Source: Flavobacteriaceae bacterium
GTDB taxonomy: Bacteria; Bacteroidota; Bacteroidia; Flavobacteriales; Flavobacteriaceae
Assembly (NCBI GenBank): GCA_029238125.1
Contig: JAQWGQ010000018.1
Location: 15,252-79,251, forward strand
DNA length: 64,000 nt
Direction: 5' to 3'
Each line of letters begins with the position of its first letter. Position 1 is the stretch's first letter. The notes below the pieces were generated by a model. The model had not been told where the DNA came from and searched no databases. It saw nothing but the letters and a program-made list of their open reading frames with translations. Of this stretch, positions 37,626 through 45,668 are shown in pieces. Both the position numbers and the translations under genes were made by a program.

Positions 37626-38893
37626 TGTTTAAAATTCTATTTGATCGAGATACTTGGCAGGAGATTTTTGGGTCGATCCAAAAAAATCGCCTCAGGACGA
37701 TTGTAACCATTGTTGGCGTGTTGTGGGGCATTTTTATCTATATCACCCTCTCTGGGGCTGCCAAGGGTCTTGACAATGGGTTTGACCGACAGTTTCAAAA
37801 CGTAGCCATCAACAGTATGTTTTTATGGGCGCAAAGTACAAGCAAGCCCTATGGCGGGTTTAAGACGGGACGAAACCTACAACTCAAAATGGAAGACGCA
37901 CAGTATATGTATAACCGTATTCCTGAGCTTCAGTATATCGCACCTCGAAACGCAAGAGGAATTTTTGGGAGTGCTGCCCCGCGTGTCGTTCGCAACAACA
38001 AAAGCGGGGATTATTCGATTTATGGGGATTATCCGATTTTCACGAAGATCGCCACAAAATTTATTTATGACGGGGGTCGCTTTATCAATCAAGCCGATAT
38101 CGATCAAGAGCGAAAAGTTTGTGTGATTGGCGAACGTACACAATCCGAATTGTTTGAAGATAACGAAAACCCCATAGGCGGTTATATTCAAATAAGCGGC
38201 GTGTTTTTTCAAGTCGTAGGCGTGCATAAATACGTACCGGGAGGTGGTTTTGAGAGCGATTCGGATATATTTATTCCGTTTACGACCTTCCGAAAGTTGT
38301 ACAATACTGGCGATGAGGTGAGTTGGTTTGCGCTCGCTGCTTACGATGATGCAGATATTCTTGCAGTGGAAGAAGATGTCAAGGTAGCGATGCGCTCAAA
38401 ATACAATGTACACCCAGAAGATGAACGTGCTTTTGGGTCTTTTAACTTGGGTGAGATTTTTAATCGAGTCATTGGCTTTTCAAAAGGCATGAACCTATTG
38501 TCTTTGATTGTTGGCGTTGCAACCATACTTGCTGGAATTATCGGAATTGGCAATATCCTATTAATCTCTGTCCGTGAACGAACAAAAGAGCTGGGCATTC
38601 GCAGGGCTTTGGGGGCAACGCCAAAGGAGGTGCGAAGTCAAATCATTCTCGAGTCTGTGTTTTTGAGTTTAACAGCTGGAGTCATGGGCATTGTTTTGGG
38701 ATCGTTTGTGCTGGCGATCATCAACGCGCTAACAGCTGACAGTTCGACTTTTCCATATACCAATCCGACCGTGCCTTTATCCTATATTGCTGCGGCTTTG
38801 ATTTTAATGGTTACACTCGGCACACTCATCGGCCTAATTCCTGCACAACGCGCAGTGAGTATTAAACCAATTGATGCACTACGAGAAGAATAA
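37625..38893 (+). CDS. ABC transporter permease, MacB_PCD plus FtsX type (paralog 2)
   Basis: Same architecture as paralog 1 (RERTKELGIRRALGATPKEVR). TAATG overlap with the previous gene. Confidence 0.88.
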   Translation: MFKILFDRDTWQEIFGSIQKNRLRTIVTIVGVLWGIFIYITLSGAAKGLDNGFDRQFQNVAINSMFLWAQSTSKPYGGFKTGRNLQLKMEDAQYMYNRIPELQYIAPRNARGIFGSAAPRVVRNNKSGDYSIYGDYPIFTKIATKFIYDGGRFINQADIDQERKVCVIGERTQSELFEDNENPIGGYIQISGVFFQVVGVHKYVPGGGFESDSDIFIPFTTFRKLYNTGDEVSWFALAAYDDADILAVEEDVKVAMRSKYNVHPEDERAFGSFNLGEIFNRVIGFSKGMNLLSLIVGVATILAGIIGIGNILLISVRERTKELGIRRALGATPKEVRSQIILESVFLSLTAGVMGIVLGSFVLAIINALTADSSTFPYTNPTVPLSYIAAALILMVTLGTLIGLIPAQRAVSIKPIDALREE

Positions 38894-38916
38894 CAACAAT
38901 AATAATACCTATTACA

Positions 38917-40038
38917 ATGAATAAATTTTTGAAATATCTACTTATCACAATCGGCGTCGGGGGAGTCCTGTTTGCCACTGCTTATTTTATCAGAACCAAT
39001 GCAACCCCATCAACTGTATTTGAAACAGAGACTTTGTTTCGAACAAGTATCCGCGAAACGACTTTGGTAACTGGCAAAATCATCCCACAGGATGAGGTTG
39101 AAATCAAACCACAAATTCCTGGGATCATTCAAATGATTGCCGTTGAGGAAGGGGATCTCGTTAATACGGGCGACCTCTTGGCGCGTGTCAAAGTTGTTCC
39201 TAATGAGCAAACGCTTAACAGTGCGCAAGGTCGAGTTGAAAATGCCAAGCTTGTTGTGGTCAACGCGGAAAAAGACTTTGCTAGAAATCAGCAATTGTAT
39301 GAAAAGGGGATTCTTTCGGAGCGTGATTTTAATGCAGCCGAATTGAGCTATAAACAAGCCAAACAGGAGTTGGTTAATATGGAAAATGATTTGCAGATTA
39401 TTCGTGAAGGATCAACAGGTGGAGACAGATCAGCCAACACCAATATCCGAGCGACTATTTCAGGAACTGTGCTTGAAGTTCCTGTAGAGGAGGGAGACCA
39501 AGTCATTGAGTCAAACAGTTTTAATGCGGGAACAACCATCGCATCAATCGCTGACCTTGGAAAAATGATTTTTGAAGGACAGGTGGACGAGTCCGAAGTC
39601 GCCAAAATTCGCGTAGGCACCAATCTCGAGGTGAGTTTGGGAGCAGTTCCAGATCAAGCTTTCGACGCAAGCTTGCGGTTTATTGCACCAAAAGGAAGTG
39701 AAGAACAGGGTACGGTACAGTTTAAAATCGAAGCGGACGTGTTTTTACCAGCCGACTTTACAGTGAGAGCGGGCTACAGCGCCAATGCATCTTTGGTACT
39801 ACAACAAAAGGATAGCGTGCCTGCCATTCGGGAGGCATTACTTCAATTTGACAACAAGACACAAGAGCCCTATGTGGAGGTGCAAACAGCAGAACAAACG
39901 TTTGAGCGTCGGGATCTGACCCTTGGGATTTCTGATGGAATTCATGTTGAAATTGTAGAAGGGCTTGAAGAAAGCGATCTGATTAAGGTTTGGAACAAAA
40001 CCGAGGAACCAGACAAACTAGACGAAAATGAAGAGTAA
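38917..40038 (+). CDS. Efflux periplasmic adaptor (HlyD/MFP family)
   Basis: N-terminal anchor, lipoyl-like segments (GKIIPQDEVEIKPQIPGIIQMIAVEEGDLVNTGDLLARV ... ISGTVLEVPVEEGDQV) and a coiled-coil segment. Confidence 0.9.
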   Translation: MNKFLKYLLITIGVGGVLFATAYFIRTNATPSTVFETETLFRTSIRETTLVTGKIIPQDEVEIKPQIPGIIQMIAVEEGDLVNTGDLLARVKVVPNEQTLNSAQGRVENAKLVVVNAEKDFARNQQLYEKGILSERDFNAAELSYKQAKQELVNMENDLQIIREGSTGGDRSANTNIRATISGTVLEVPVEEGDQVIESNSFNAGTTIASIADLGKMIFEGQVDESEVAKIRVGTNLEVSLGAVPDQAFDASLRFIAPKGSEEQGTVQFKIEADVFLPADFTVRAGYSANASLVLQQKDSVPAIREALLQFDNKTQEPYVEVQTAEQTFERRDLTLGISDGIHVEIVEGLEESDLIKVWNKTEEPDKLDENEE

Positions 40039-41476
40039 TCTAATCACAACAACACTCCGGATCGTATTCCCATTCTTCATTTTGGTTTTGGGGACGGATA
40101 CGACACAGGCACAAACGGAACCGTGGACACTCAAAAGTGCAGTGTTACACGCTCTTGAAAACAACATCCAAATTCGTCAGGCCAACCTGTCCACCCTCGA
40201 TGCACAAGCAGCAAAAAATGAAGCGATTGGGGGCTTTTTACCCAATGTGAATGTCGGTGCAAACCACTCTTGGAATATCGGTTTGAATCAAAACATCACG
40301 ACTGGGCTTTTGGAAGATGTGACCACACAATTTACCAATGCCTCTGTTAGTGTTGGCGTTGACCTGTATCGCGGCGGTCAAAATGTACTTCAATTGCTTC
40401 GTGCCAATCTAGCTCTACTCGCTAGTCAATACCAAATTGAAGACATGAAAGAAGATGTGGCCTTATTTGTAGCCAACGGATATCTGCAAGCGGTATTTAG
40501 TCGGGAAGCGGTTGGCATCGAAAAGGCACAACTCGAGCTGACCAAATTCGAACTCCAACGCACACAAGAGCAAGTACAAGCAGGGGTTTTGCCCGAGGGG
40601 GATCTTTTTGAAATGCAAGCCGTTTTGGCTTCACAAGAACAGCAATTGGTTGTCGCTCAAAACCAATATACCATGGCAAAGTTGTCATTGGCACAGCTAC
40701 TGCTGATTCAGGATTATGAAAATTTCGAAATTGCAGATGAAGACTTCGCAATTGAGGGTCAAGAAATCTTGGTTCAACGCCCAATTGATTTGGTCGCCAA
40801 GGCACTTGATTATCGAAACGATATCAAATTGGCGCTAACAAATATCGACATCGCCAAAACCGATTTACGCCTTGCCAAATCTGTTAGCAAACCTAGTCTT
40901 TCGGGCTTTTATTCGTATAGTTCGAGAATTTCGTATGCCGATCGCTTGGAGCAAACCAATACATTTGACTTGGTGGAGGTTGGTGTTGTTGAATCGACAG
41001 GGGAGTCTGTTGTTCGTCCGATTTATAACCAAAGAGTCGTTGCGGCACTCCCAATTGAAGAGCAATTGAAACTCAATGATGGTCATAATTTTGGTTTGAG
41101 TCTCAACATTCCCATTCTCAATGGGTTCTCATTGAAAAATAATATTGAGCGCTCAAAAATCAATGTAGAACGCTCGGAATTTCAGTACAAACAACAGGTT
41201 TTGAACTTGGAAAACAGCATCCATCAGGCCTTTAACGATAGCAAAGGTGCTCAACAGGCATATGTGGCTGCACAAAAAACCTTGGATGCGCGAAGCAAAG
41301 CATACAGCTATGCGCAAAGCCGGTTTGAAGCAGGGGCAGCAACTGCTTTTGAATTTAGCCAAGCCAAACTGCAATTTGAATCTGCACAATCTGCATGGTT
41401 GCGCGCCAAGTATGATTTTATCTTCAAAATCAAAATTTTGGAGCTGTATTTCGGAATTCCAATTGCAGACTTATAG
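40028..41476 (+). CDS. TolC-family outer-membrane efflux protein
   Basis: Signal peptide and two repeats of the TolC-like coiled-coil/barrel pattern (LKSAVLHALENNIQIRQANL, RSEFQYKQQVLNLENSIHQAFND). It overlaps the adaptor gene by 11 nt. Confidence 0.9.
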   Translation: MKSNLITTTLRIVFPFFILVLGTDTTQAQTEPWTLKSAVLHALENNIQIRQANLSTLDAQAAKNEAIGGFLPNVNVGANHSWNIGLNQNITTGLLEDVTTQFTNASVSVGVDLYRGGQNVLQLLRANLALLASQYQIEDMKEDVALFVANGYLQAVFSREAVGIEKAQLELTKFELQRTQEQVQAGVLPEGDLFEMQAVLASQEQQLVVAQNQYTMAKLSLAQLLLIQDYENFEIADEDFAIEGQEILVQRPIDLVAKALDYRNDIKLALTNIDIAKTDLRLAKSVSKPSLSGFYSYSSRISYADRLEQTNTFDLVEVGVVESTGESVVRPIYNQRVVAALPIEEQLKLNDGHNFGLSLNIPILNGFSLKNNIERSKINVERSEFQYKQQVLNLENSIHQAFNDSKGAQQAYVAAQKTLDARSKAYSYAQSRFEAGAATAFEFSQAKLQFESAQSAWLRAKYDFIFKIKILELYFGIPIADL

Positions 41477-41506
41477 TCGGTAGCACTTTGTTTGCTATTT
41501 TTGGGC

Positions 41507-42208
41507 ATGCCATCGCATTTGCTTTGTATAGAAACCACAACAACCCAGTGTTCGGTCGCACTTTGTGCAGACGGCGAGCTATCCGCTTTGGCACAATCCA
41601 ACCATGAGAACTATCAGCATGCTCAACTCTTGCATACTTATATCGATAAGGTATTGTCAAAATACAATCTAAAACCTTCCGAATTGGCGGCCATTGTTCT
41701 GAGTTCAGGTCCGGGATCATATACAGGACTTCGTATTGGAGCTGCTGCTGCCAAAGGGCTATGCTACGCCAATGACATCCCCCTGATTGCAATACCAACT
41801 CTGGATATTGTTGCACGTGAAATCACACCAAGCGATGGTCATATCATTGCGACTCTTGATGCTCGAAGAGACGAGGTGTATTGTGCAATTTATACTCACG
41901 ACTATCTGTGCGTAGAACCTGCCAGCCCTCATGTAATTACGTCGAGTAGCTTTGCCAAATGGACAGCAAAAGGACCAGTTTATTTTGTGGGAACTGGACT
42001 TGAAAAATGCGAAGAGATTATCGACCACAACGCCGAATTTATTTTCCCTAAAGAACCATCATATCCGAGTGCAACACACATGTTAAAACAGGCACAATAT
42101 GCATTTGAACAACAGATTTTTGAAGATGTCGCCTATTTTGATGTGGACTATCTCAAAGCATTCCAAACGAGCCCACAAAAAAAGAACACTTTAGGTCAGA
42201 AGAGCTAA
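41507..42208 (+). CDS. tsaB: tRNA t6A37 biosynthesis protein TsaB
   Basis: LLCIETTTTQCSVAL...GPGSYTGLRIGAAAAKGLCYANDIPLIAIPTLD. Start taken at the ATG at 41507. Confidence 0.88.
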   Translation: MPSHLLCIETTTTQCSVALCADGELSALAQSNHENYQHAQLLHTYIDKVLSKYNLKPSELAAIVLSSGPGSYTGLRIGAAAAKGLCYANDIPLIAIPTLDIVAREITPSDGHIIATLDARRDEVYCAIYTHDYLCVEPASPHVITSSSFAKWTAKGPVYFVGTGLEKCEEIIDHNAEFIFPKEPSYPSATHMLKQAQYAFEQQIFEDVAYFDVDYLKAFQTSPQKKNTLGQKS

Positions 42209-43071
42209 CCGTTGATGGCTGTTACAGCTTCAACTTTGCCTGGCAACATATCGCGCAACAATTGCTCGATGCCATTTTTCAATGTAAAGGTAGAGGACGG
42301 ACAACCACTACAAGCACCTTGTAGGATCACTTGAACGGACTTGCTGTCTTCGTCATATGAATCAAATACGATGTTTCCACCGTCAGATGCAACCGCTGGT
42401 TTGATATGTTGATCGATAATTTGGATGATCTCCAAAGCAGTACCCTCATGAGTGATCTGTGGGGCTTTCTCTTTCGGGGATATGTCTCCAGTCACCACGG
42501 CCTTGTTGTCGGCAACATAGTCACGAAGGTATTGACGTAAGTCTTGGACAATCTCTTCCCATTCAGCGATTTCATATTTGGTAATCGATATAAAATTCTC
42601 GTCCATAAACACCTCTTTGACATAGGGTTTATGAAACAATTCAGTAGCTAGAGGGGAGTTTTCTGCCTCATCAATATTTTTAGCTTCATAAACTTCGCCC
42701 ACGATACGTTTGCTACAAACAAATTTCATCACAGCAGGGTTGGGCGTGCTTTCTGCATAAACCGAAATGGCTTCCTTTTGATCCATTTGTTTTTTGACCT
42801 GTCCACCCTGATTGAGATAGTCGGCGAGTTGTGATGCGACCTCGTCTTGCACATCAGCCCATTCCAGAATATCAAAACGCTCAACTTCGATCCAATTTTC
42901 AGTCAAACGAACATGCTTGACAAAGGGGAGGTAAAACAATTGTTGGATCAATGGGAAACCTCCAGCATCGTCAACATTGGTAAAGTCGATTTGGTCATCA
43001 CCCAATGGTTGATTGCTTACAAAACGAATACGAGTGGGGTGGTCAGTTGTTGCAATGGTAAACTGAAACAT
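42205..43071 (-). CDS. NifU/Nfu-family Fe-S cluster assembly protein (two Nfu_N-like domains plus a C-terminal NifU domain)
   Basis: The C-terminus VILQGACSGCPSSTFTLKNGIEQLLR is a NifU CxxC motif. The Nfu_N-like repeat (PNPAVMKF..., FLPFVKHV / FHKPYVKEV) occurs twice. Confidence 0.85.
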   Translation of the reverse strand: MFQFTIATTDHPTRIRFVSNQPLGDDQIDFTNVDDAGGFPLIQQLFYLPFVKHVRLTENWIEVERFDILEWADVQDEVASQLADYLNQGGQVKKQMDQKEAISVYAESTPNPAVMKFVCSKRIVGEVYEAKNIDEAENSPLATELFHKPYVKEVFMDENFISITKYEIAEWEEIVQDLRQYLRDYVADNKAVVTGDISPKEKAPQITHEGTALEIIQIIDQHIKPAVASDGGNIVFDSYDEDSKSVQVILQGACSGCPSSTFTLKNGIEQLLRDMLPGKVEAVTAING

Positions 43072-43136
43072 AGCGCAATTTTTTACAAAAATACACAAAC
43101 CACATCATCAAACCCTTTGATTTTGTACATTTAAAC

Positions 43137-43649
43137 ATGATTCTAAAAACAGTACGTGGAAAAACGCCTGTATATGGGGCGAAATGTTTTTTTTCGGAGA
43201 CTTCTGTTGTCATTGGCGACGTGGTCATGGGTCGGGATTGTTCGGTCTGGTATCACGCAATCATTCGAGGGGATGTCCACAGTATTCGAATTGGAGACCG
43301 AGTCAATATCCAAGATGGCGCAGTGATCCATGCGACCTATGAGCGTTCTCCAACAACAATTGGAAATCGTGTTTCGATTGGGCATAATGCCATTGTGCAT
43401 GGATGTACAATTCACGACAATGTTTTGATTGGAATGGGTTCGATTGTGATGGACGACTGTGTGGTTGAATCCAACAGCATTATTGCTGCTGGGGCAGTCC
43501 TAACGCAGGGAACACACGTGCCATCGGGTACAATCTACGGAGGAGTTCCTGCAAAAAAGATTAAGGATATTTCAGCCGAACTCTTAAAAGGTGAAATCGA
43601 AAGAATAGCCGACAACTATACCATGTATTCGGATTGGTTTACGGAATAG
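43137..43649 (+). CDS. Gamma-carbonic-anhydrase-like / hexapeptide-repeat protein
   Basis: Left-handed beta-helix repeats (IGDVVMGRDCSVWYHAIIRGDVHSIRIGDRVNIQDGAVIH...IGHNAIVHGCTIHDNVLIGMGSIV). 170 aa. Confidence 0.88.
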   Translation: MILKTVRGKTPVYGAKCFFSETSVVIGDVVMGRDCSVWYHAIIRGDVHSIRIGDRVNIQDGAVIHATYERSPTTIGNRVSIGHNAIVHGCTIHDNVLIGMGSIVMDDCVVESNSIIAAGAVLTQGTHVPSGTIYGGVPAKKIKDISAELLKGEIERIADNYTMYSDWFTE

Positions 43650-44418
43650 AAAGTACATTGACATCGTCAGGAGAAACAAATTGAAGCATGGTTTGGGAAT
43701 CCCCCGTGCAGAAGTAATTGGTATTCCCCATATGTTGTGATTCACAACCTGAATCTTTTTTATTCAAGACGCGTTCGACTTGTTTGGCAACTGCACCATT
43801 GCAGTCAACAATTTTGACATGTTGTGGAAGGATTCGAGTCAATATGGGTGTTAAAAAGGGGTAGTGCGTACACCCCAAAACCAAGTGGTCTGCCCCTTGC
43901 TCGATCATGGGTTGCGTATAGCTTTGCAAGAGTTGTTTCATTTCTTCGCTTTGGAGCATTCCACTTTCGATCATCTCGACCAAATGTTTCCCCTCCTTTT
44001 CGAGGATTCGAACTCCCTGGCCATAGGCCGCAGAGGTTTCGTGAAAGAGTCCACTGCTTAAGGTTCCTTTGGTGGCAAGTATGCCAACAACTCCTGTTTT
44101 GGTTTGTAGGGCAGCTGGCTTGATTGCTGGCTCGATTCCGACAAAAGGGATCTGGTATGTTTTTCGCAACGATTCGATGGCATTTGTTGTTGCAGTATTA
44201 CACGCCACAACGATGAGTTTACAGGACTGTTCAGACAGCCAATGGGTCAGCGCCTGACTTCTTTTTCGGATATCATCGGGGGATAAGGCACCGTACGGAG
44301 CAAATGCGTTATCAGAAATATAGATAAAGTTTTCGTTTGGAAGTAAGGATCGAAGCTCACGCAGTAGCGACAAGCCACCCACCCCCGAATCAAATACGCC
44401 TATTGGACGATTACCCAT
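43639..44418 (-). CDS. murI: Glutamate racemase
   Basis: IGVFDSGVGGLS, VVACNTATT and LGCTHYPFL catalytic motifs. 259 aa. Confidence 0.95.
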   Translation of the reverse strand: MGNRPIGVFDSGVGGLSLLRELRSLLPNENFIYISDNAFAPYGALSPDDIRKRSQALTHWLSEQSCKLIVVACNTATTNAIESLRKTYQIPFVGIEPAIKPAALQTKTGVVGILATKGTLSSGLFHETSAAYGQGVRILEKEGKHLVEMIESGMLQSEEMKQLLQSYTQPMIEQGADHLVLGCTHYPFLTPILTRILPQHVKIVDCNGAVAKQVERVLNKKDSGCESQHMGNTNYFCTGDSQTMLQFVSPDDVNVLSIP

Positions 44419-44428
44419 AATGTAAAAA

Positions 44429-44460
44429 TAAAAAACTGCCCTTAAAAAGGGCAGTTTTAA
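44429..44460 (-). terminator. Rho-independent terminator between ompH and murI (bidirectional-looking)
   Basis: The plus strand reads AAAAAACTGCCCTT-aaa-AAGGGCAGTTTTAAAAA. On the minus strand the 8-bp stem is followed by a T-run. Confidence 0.8.
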
Positions 44461-44485
44461 AAATTTAAATACAGAGGTTTTTTAT

Positions 44486-44995
44486 TTAGAAGCCAAGCTC
44501 AGTTTTGACGTCTGCCATCAGGTCTTTTCCTTTAGCCATGAGAACAGAAGATCCTTGACTGGAGTCCACCACATAGTCAAACCCTTGCGCGGTCGCAACT
44601 TTTTCGACTGCAGCACGTGCCTTCTCAATTAAAGGACGTAGCAAGTCGGCTTGTTTTTGCTGCACGTCTTGGAGAGCTGTTTGACGAAACTGCTGGATAT
44701 TTTGCTCCATACCCTGTAGTTCTTGCTGACGCTTTTGATTCGTTAGGTCAGTCTGATTCTCAGCATCTGCAGAGTAATTTTGCATTTTTGTTTGCAGTTC
44801 TTTTAGCGAAGATTCAATCTCATTGGTATAATCCTTTTCAAGTTTTTGAATCTCTTCTTGAGCAGCGATAACCCCAGGCATCTCACTCACGAGTTTTTGA
44901 AAGTCGATGTGAGTAACCTTAGATTGTGCTTGGGCTGTAAAGCTCATAAAAGCAATGCATATTGCTGTGATATAGTGTGTAAATTTAATTTTCAT
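44486..44995 (-). CDS. OmpH/Skp family periplasmic chaperone
   Basis: Signal peptide MKIKFTHYITAICIAFMSFTAQAQ and a Q/E/K-rich coiled coil. Position is downstream of bamA. Start taken at the internal Met (ORF track begins at 45025). Confidence 0.85.
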   Translation of the reverse strand: MKIKFTHYITAICIAFMSFTAQAQSKVTHIDFQKLVSEMPGVIAAQEEIQKLEKDYTNEIESSLKELQTKMQNYSADAENQTDLTNQKRQQELQGMEQNIQQFRQTALQDVQQKQADLLRPLIEKARAAVEKVATAQGFDYVVDSSQGSSVLMAKGKDLMADVKTELGF

Positions 44996-45014
44996 TCTAT
45001 TGAGGTTTAATTTG

Positions 45015-45662
45015 TTACTGCTCACTGGTTTTCGCTTTTCGTATCGAGTCCATTTCTCTTTTACGCTTTTCTAAAACCTTTTGGCGGGCAGCATTTTGCT
45101 CTTGTTTACGAGATTCAACGAGTTCCTCTCGTGCTTTTTTCTTGTCTTTTTGATTGATATATTTTACAACAAGGTTGCTAATATCGTACTTTTTTTCCGA
45201 ATGGAAGACCAAAATTTCAGCACTCCGATCAAATACATAGTCTAATTTTCGATTTTCTGCAACTTCTTTGACAGCTTCCAAAATTTTATCTTGGATGGGC
45301 TGAATAAAAATGATCTTTTGCGCCAACCAATCGCCTTGCGGTCCAAATCGTTTTTGTTGATAGGTATTGAGCTCTTCTTGTTCAAAGGCAATATCTTCCT
45401 CTCTCTCTTCTATCAACTCTTCTGTAAGTAAAGGGCGTTCGAGATCCAATTTTTGCTGCAGCTCGTCGATTTTAGTTTGTTTATTGCTGATTTCTTCTTT
45501 CCAAAAACTGATTTTATCTTCTAAGGCAGCATTGGCATCTTTATAATCATTGAGATTTTCAAGCACATGATCCATATCCATAAAGCCGATACGAACCCTG
45601 TTTTGTGCCACGATCAAGGTTGCATAGCACAAGAAAACCCCAAAAAACAAGATTTTTTTCAA
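45015..45662 (-). CDS. OmpH/Skp family periplasmic chaperone (long form)
   Basis: Signal peptide, a coiled coil and a basic C-terminal tail. It directly follows bamA. Confidence 0.8.
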   Translation of the reverse strand: MKKILFFGVFLCYATLIVAQNRVRIGFMDMDHVLENLNDYKDANAALEDKISFWKEEISNKQTKIDELQQKLDLERPLLTEELIEEREEDIAFEQEELNTYQQKRFGPQGDWLAQKIIFIQPIQDKILEAVKEVAENRKLDYVFDRSAEILVFHSEKKYDISNLVVKYINQKDKKKAREELVESRKQEQNAARQKVLEKRKREMDSIRKAKTSEQ

Positions 45663-45668
45663 AACAAA

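Noticed and set aside
44001-44020. The GGATTCGAACTCC string (and a similar one near 48005), resembling a tRNA T-arm
   Set aside because: The flanking bases do not form a T-stem or an acceptor stem. Both strings lie inside well-supported coding sequences (murI and bamA).
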